A stretch of DNA of 64,000 nt, taken from positions 480,001 through 544,000 of the forward strand of contig CAVSDR010000006.1 of the NCBI GenBank assembly GCA_963726745.1, read 5' to 3'. The translations under genes were made by a program, and so were the position numbers. Every line of letters starts with the position of its first letter. Position 1 is the stretch's first letter. The notes below the pieces were generated by a model. It saw only the letters and a list, made by a program, of their open reading frames with translations. It was not told where the DNA came from and ran no database searches. Positions 60,940 through 64,000 of this stretch are shown here, piece after piece. The stretch is from an uncultured Verrucomicrobiae bacterium. Its GTDB lineage: Bacteria; Verrucomicrobiota; Verrucomicrobiia; Chthoniobacterales; UBA10450.

Positions 60940-61479
60940 TTAGCCGGTGCGGAACTGGTCGTCCTTTTCCTTGAAGAGCACGTTGAAGGTGGTGAGCGAG
61001 CCGTAGCAGCGGGTGATGTATTGCTGCAGGTCGAACTTGTCGGCGTCGCTCAGTTTCTCGTTCGCGTTTACCTTCTGCTCGAGCACCCGGAGGTTGTTCC
61101 GGATCATGACGATCTTGTGGAAGAAGGTCTCCAGCGGGACTTCTTTCGGCTGCAAAGAGGAGTCGGCCGCTTGGAGGACGAGCGTGCCGCGCTGCCAGCG
61201 ATTAGCCAGCCCCTCGACGCTCTCGCTTTTCTCCAGGCCGAGCGCGGCCACGATGCTTTCCGCGGTCTGGCGAATGAGCGACTCCAGCGGCACCTGCAGC
61301 TCGCTCAAGGTCGCGGTCGGTTCCGCGGAAACCAGGTCGCTCGATTCCGGGGCGATGGTGCGCGGCGCGTCGTCGAAGGCGATTTCCGCGGTGTGCTCGG
61401 TGAGCGCGCGGACCTTGCCGACGCCGTAGCGCGGGTGCTGCACTTTCATTCCGATGCGGAGAGCGTCGATCGACAACAT
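60940..61479 (-). CDS. Hypothetical protein with N-terminal SH3/Tudor-like segment
   Basis: GMKVQHPRYGVGKV N-terminus; helical C-terminus KEVPLETFFHKIVM..LQQYITRCYGSLTTFN. Confidence 0.75.
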   Translation of the reverse strand: MLSIDALRIGMKVQHPRYGVGKVRALTEHTAEIAFDDAPRTIAPESSDLVSAEPTATLSELQVPLESLIRQTAESIVAALGLEKSESVEGLANRWQRGTLVLQAADSSLQPKEVPLETFFHKIVMIRNNLRVLEQKVNANEKLSDADKFDLQQYITRCYGSLTTFNVLFKEKDDQFRTG

Positions 61480-61530
61480 ACCGACATGCTCCGGGCGCGT
61501 GCGCCTTCTTGGCAAGATACAATTCGCTGG

Positions 61531-62469
61531 CTATTTCCCTGGCCGGGGCGCGCCCTTTTGCAGGCGGTCGAGCACCGGGAAGAGTTGCTCCAAACTCTCG
61601 ACGTGGATGGCGTCGATCTCTTTCAGCAGGTCGGCGTAGCCATTGGCTGACCGGCCCCCGATGAGCAACGGGATGTCTGCCGGCAGAAGCGCACGCAGCT
61701 TCCGCAGATCGCTCCGCAGAACTTTGTCATCCGGCGGAAAGACCAGGCTCAAGCCGAGCGCGGTCGGCTTCAATTCGCGCAGCGCCCCGACGATCTCCTG
61801 CACCGGCAAAGCCACGCCCAGGTAAGTCGTGCGCCAGCCGTGGCTGCGCGCCGCGGCCGCGGCGAGAATCGCACCGAGCTCGTGGAATTGCCCCGGAGGC
61901 GTGGCCAGCAGGAGATGCCCCGCGGTGTTTTCGGGCGAAAAGGGACGCGCAAAAGTGGCGAGAAATTCCGCGATGCAACTCGTGGCGAAATGCTCGTGCG
62001 CGATGGTCAGCTCCGCCGAGCGCCAGAGCTCGCCGATTCGCTCGGTCAACGGGGCGATGAATTTTTGCAGGACCGCCGGCGAACCGAGCTCGACGGCGGC
62101 GCGTTCGAGCAACCGGGGAAAATTGTGCGCGTCGAAGGTGCGCACCATCTCAATCGATTGCTCGATCAAAGGCCCGATCGCGCCGGCCGGGGAATGTCTC
62201 CGCCGCCCGATCGCGGGTCGGCCAGCTTCGCGCGCGAGCCGCTGAAGCTCCTCCAGTGGCTCGCGCGCAATCCGACTGATGCCGTGGCCGGCCTCGGTCA
62301 GCTGGCGCAGGAGCGAGAGCCGCTCGACGTCTTCCTCGGTGTAAAGGCGCCGGTTATTCTCCGCGCGCACCGGCTGGATCGCGCCATAGCGCTTCTCCCA
62401 AACGCGGATGGTGTGGATGGAGAGACCGGTATGCCTCGACACAAAAGTGATGGTGCGGACCGGTTTCAT
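61531..62469 (-). CDS. MerR-family regulator with cobalamin-binding domain (CarH/LitR-like)
   Basis: HTIRVWEKRYG..RRLY (MerR HTH); W-x9-EH (WRSAELTIAHEH); HELG, YLG, LS, GG (B12 Rossmann domain). Confidence 0.88.
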   Translation of the reverse strand: MKPVRTITFVSRHTGLSIHTIRVWEKRYGAIQPVRAENNRRLYTEEDVERLSLLRQLTEAGHGISRIAREPLEELQRLAREAGRPAIGRRRHSPAGAIGPLIEQSIEMVRTFDAHNFPRLLERAAVELGSPAVLQKFIAPLTERIGELWRSAELTIAHEHFATSCIAEFLATFARPFSPENTAGHLLLATPPGQFHELGAILAAAAARSHGWRTTYLGVALPVQEIVGALRELKPTALGLSLVFPPDDKVLRSDLRKLRALLPADIPLLIGGRSANGYADLLKEIDAIHVESLEQLFPVLDRLQKGAPRPGK

Positions 62470-62608
62470 CTCGGGAACGAAACGCCGAGAAAACGCGAAC
62501 GGATGCAAAAGCGGAAGGAGATAGTGCCCTCTGGGCGATGAAATTATGCGCGCCGGACGGTTTTTGATGTTGTCTCGTTTGCCGCCCTCCACGCATGCTC
62601 GCCGCGCC

Positions 62609-63976
62609 ATGGCAGCAGACGTTGTTCGACATTATCCGCCCGGCTTCCGCCCGCGCCGGGGACTGAACTGGGTCATCCTCGGGCTCATGTATGCCTCCTA
62701 TTACATGTGCCGTTACAACTTCCGCTTTGCCACGCCCGGCATGGTCGAGGAGTTCGGCTTCAATAACTTCCAGATCACCGGCATCCTCGCCTGGTGGTCG
62801 GTGGCCTACGGCACCGGGCAACTGGTTAACGGCCTCCTGTGCGATCGCATTGGCGGCAAAGCTTCGATGCTTATCGGCGCGGCGGGCACGATCGCGGTCA
62901 ACCTCGCTTTCGGCTTCGCTTCTTTTGCCGGCACCTTCAGCACCTTCGCGCTGATTTGGCTAATGAACGGTTACTTCCAGTCCTTCGGGGCGCCCGGGAT
63001 GGTGAAGATCAATGCCGCCTGGTTTAATCGCGACGAGCGCGGGACTTTTGCCGGCATCTTCGGGCTCATGATTCAGCTCGGGCAGGTCGCGATCAATCGC
63101 CTCGCGCCGATCATTCTCGCCGGCTTCACCATCGGCACGCTCGTGGTCGCGAAAGGCGACTGGCATTACCTCTTCCGCATTCCGCCGCTGGTCACCGCGG
63201 TCATGGCCGTGCTGGTGGCCTTCGTGCCCAAGGAGACGCCAGAGGAGGCAGGCTATCCGGGGTTGATCGAAGGCAGCAGCGAAGACACCGGCACGCGCGT
63301 GAGTTTGCGCGAATCTTTTGTGACCATCTTCACGCATCCGCTGGTCTGGTTTTACGCCGCGGCCTATGCCTGCACCGGCGCGGTGCGGCATAGCTCGGAT
63401 CAACTCTCGGTCCTCTTCTTCACGAAATATCTCCTGCTCGACCTCTCGACCAAACCCGTCTCGGTCGAGCGCACGTTCCTGATCGTGCCGCTCATCGCGG
63501 TCCTCGGGTCGTTCCTTTCCGGCGTGATTTCCGACAAGCTCTTTAAGGGTCACCGCTCGCCCGTGGCGATGCAGCTCTACTTCCTGCTCGCGCTCATCTG
63601 CGCCGCGGCTGCGACCATGATGTGGATCGGCTGGCTCGCGCCCGGCGGGATGGGCGTGTTCCTCAGCTGCCTCTTCCTCATCCTGGTGTCGTTCACCGTG
63701 AACGCGACCCACTCGCTCGTGGGCACGGCCGCGCCGATGGACATCGGCGGCCGGAAAATGGCCGGCTTTGCCTCCGGCGTGATCGATTCCTTCCAATACT
63801 ACGGCGCCGCCGTGACCCTGCCGCTGACCGGCTACCTGATCGATAAATACGGCTGGAACATGTGGTATCCGGTGATGGTCGTCTTCGGCCTGCTCGGCGG
63901 CACCGCGATGCTGCTGGTCATGCGGAAGCAGCGGCTAATGCACGCCGTCGGCGATCCTCGAGCAATCTCGCAGTAA
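62609..63976 (+). CDS. MFS transporter, organophosphate:Pi antiporter (GlpT/UhpT-like) family
   Basis: YASYYMCRYNF, WLMNGYFQSFG, WFNRDERGT, PKETPEEAG, SGVISDKLFKGHRSP, AGFASGVIDSFQY. Confidence 0.85.
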   Translation: MAADVVRHYPPGFRPRRGLNWVILGLMYASYYMCRYNFRFATPGMVEEFGFNNFQITGILAWWSVAYGTGQLVNGLLCDRIGGKASMLIGAAGTIAVNLAFGFASFAGTFSTFALIWLMNGYFQSFGAPGMVKINAAWFNRDERGTFAGIFGLMIQLGQVAINRLAPIILAGFTIGTLVVAKGDWHYLFRIPPLVTAVMAVLVAFVPKETPEEAGYPGLIEGSSEDTGTRVSLRESFVTIFTHPLVWFYAAAYACTGAVRHSSDQLSVLFFTKYLLLDLSTKPVSVERTFLIVPLIAVLGSFLSGVISDKLFKGHRSPVAMQLYFLLALICAAAATMMWIGWLAPGGMGVFLSCLFLILVSFTVNATHSLVGTAAPMDIGGRKMAGFASGVIDSFQYYGAAVTLPLTGYLIDKYGWNMWYPVMVVFGLLGGTAMLLVMRKQRLMHAVGDPRAISQ

Positions 63977-64000
63977 CGCTAGAGCAGGGCTAATTGCTCG

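Overview
A GC-rich (roughly two-thirds GC by eye), gene-dense bacterial chromosomal segment of about 65 genes. It is probably from Verrucomicrobiota (Chthoniobacterales-like); this is inferred from a duplicated 'NxSTR...GGF' C-terminal domain in a secreted protein. From left to right it holds: a purine-degradation cluster (fused xdhAB, a citrate-lyase/aldolase-fold protein, allB, alc, uraH, uraD, uricase, xdhC); kynurenine-pathway 3-HAO and ACMSD genes split by an SRPBCC-ArsR pair; housekeeping genes (pgl, msrA, fabG, holB, tmk, upp, yidC/yidD/rnpA/jag, ald, recF, dnaE, glnB-glnA, tatA); a PHP-GT4 fusion with a deacetylase; a CHASE4-like hybrid kinase; a multidomain M10 metalloprotease; treZ with a debranching enzyme; egtB-egtD followed by an ABC transporter; and a CarH-like regulator. 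I saw no rRNA, tRNA, CRISPR array or mobile element. About 15 genes are frameshifted, including dnaE and glnA, which is best read as long-read assembly error. The most striking signal is not a gene. The non-palindromic octamer CCTAACGA/TCGTTAGG occurs at least 44 times (hand count), about equally on both strands and mostly inside coding sequence via rare CTA/TTA codons. A related motif, GYYGGCTAA/TTAGCCRRC, occurs at least 24 times. Together they look like a dispersed genome-wide signal (DUS/HIP1/protein-binding-site-like) that I cannot match to a known motif.
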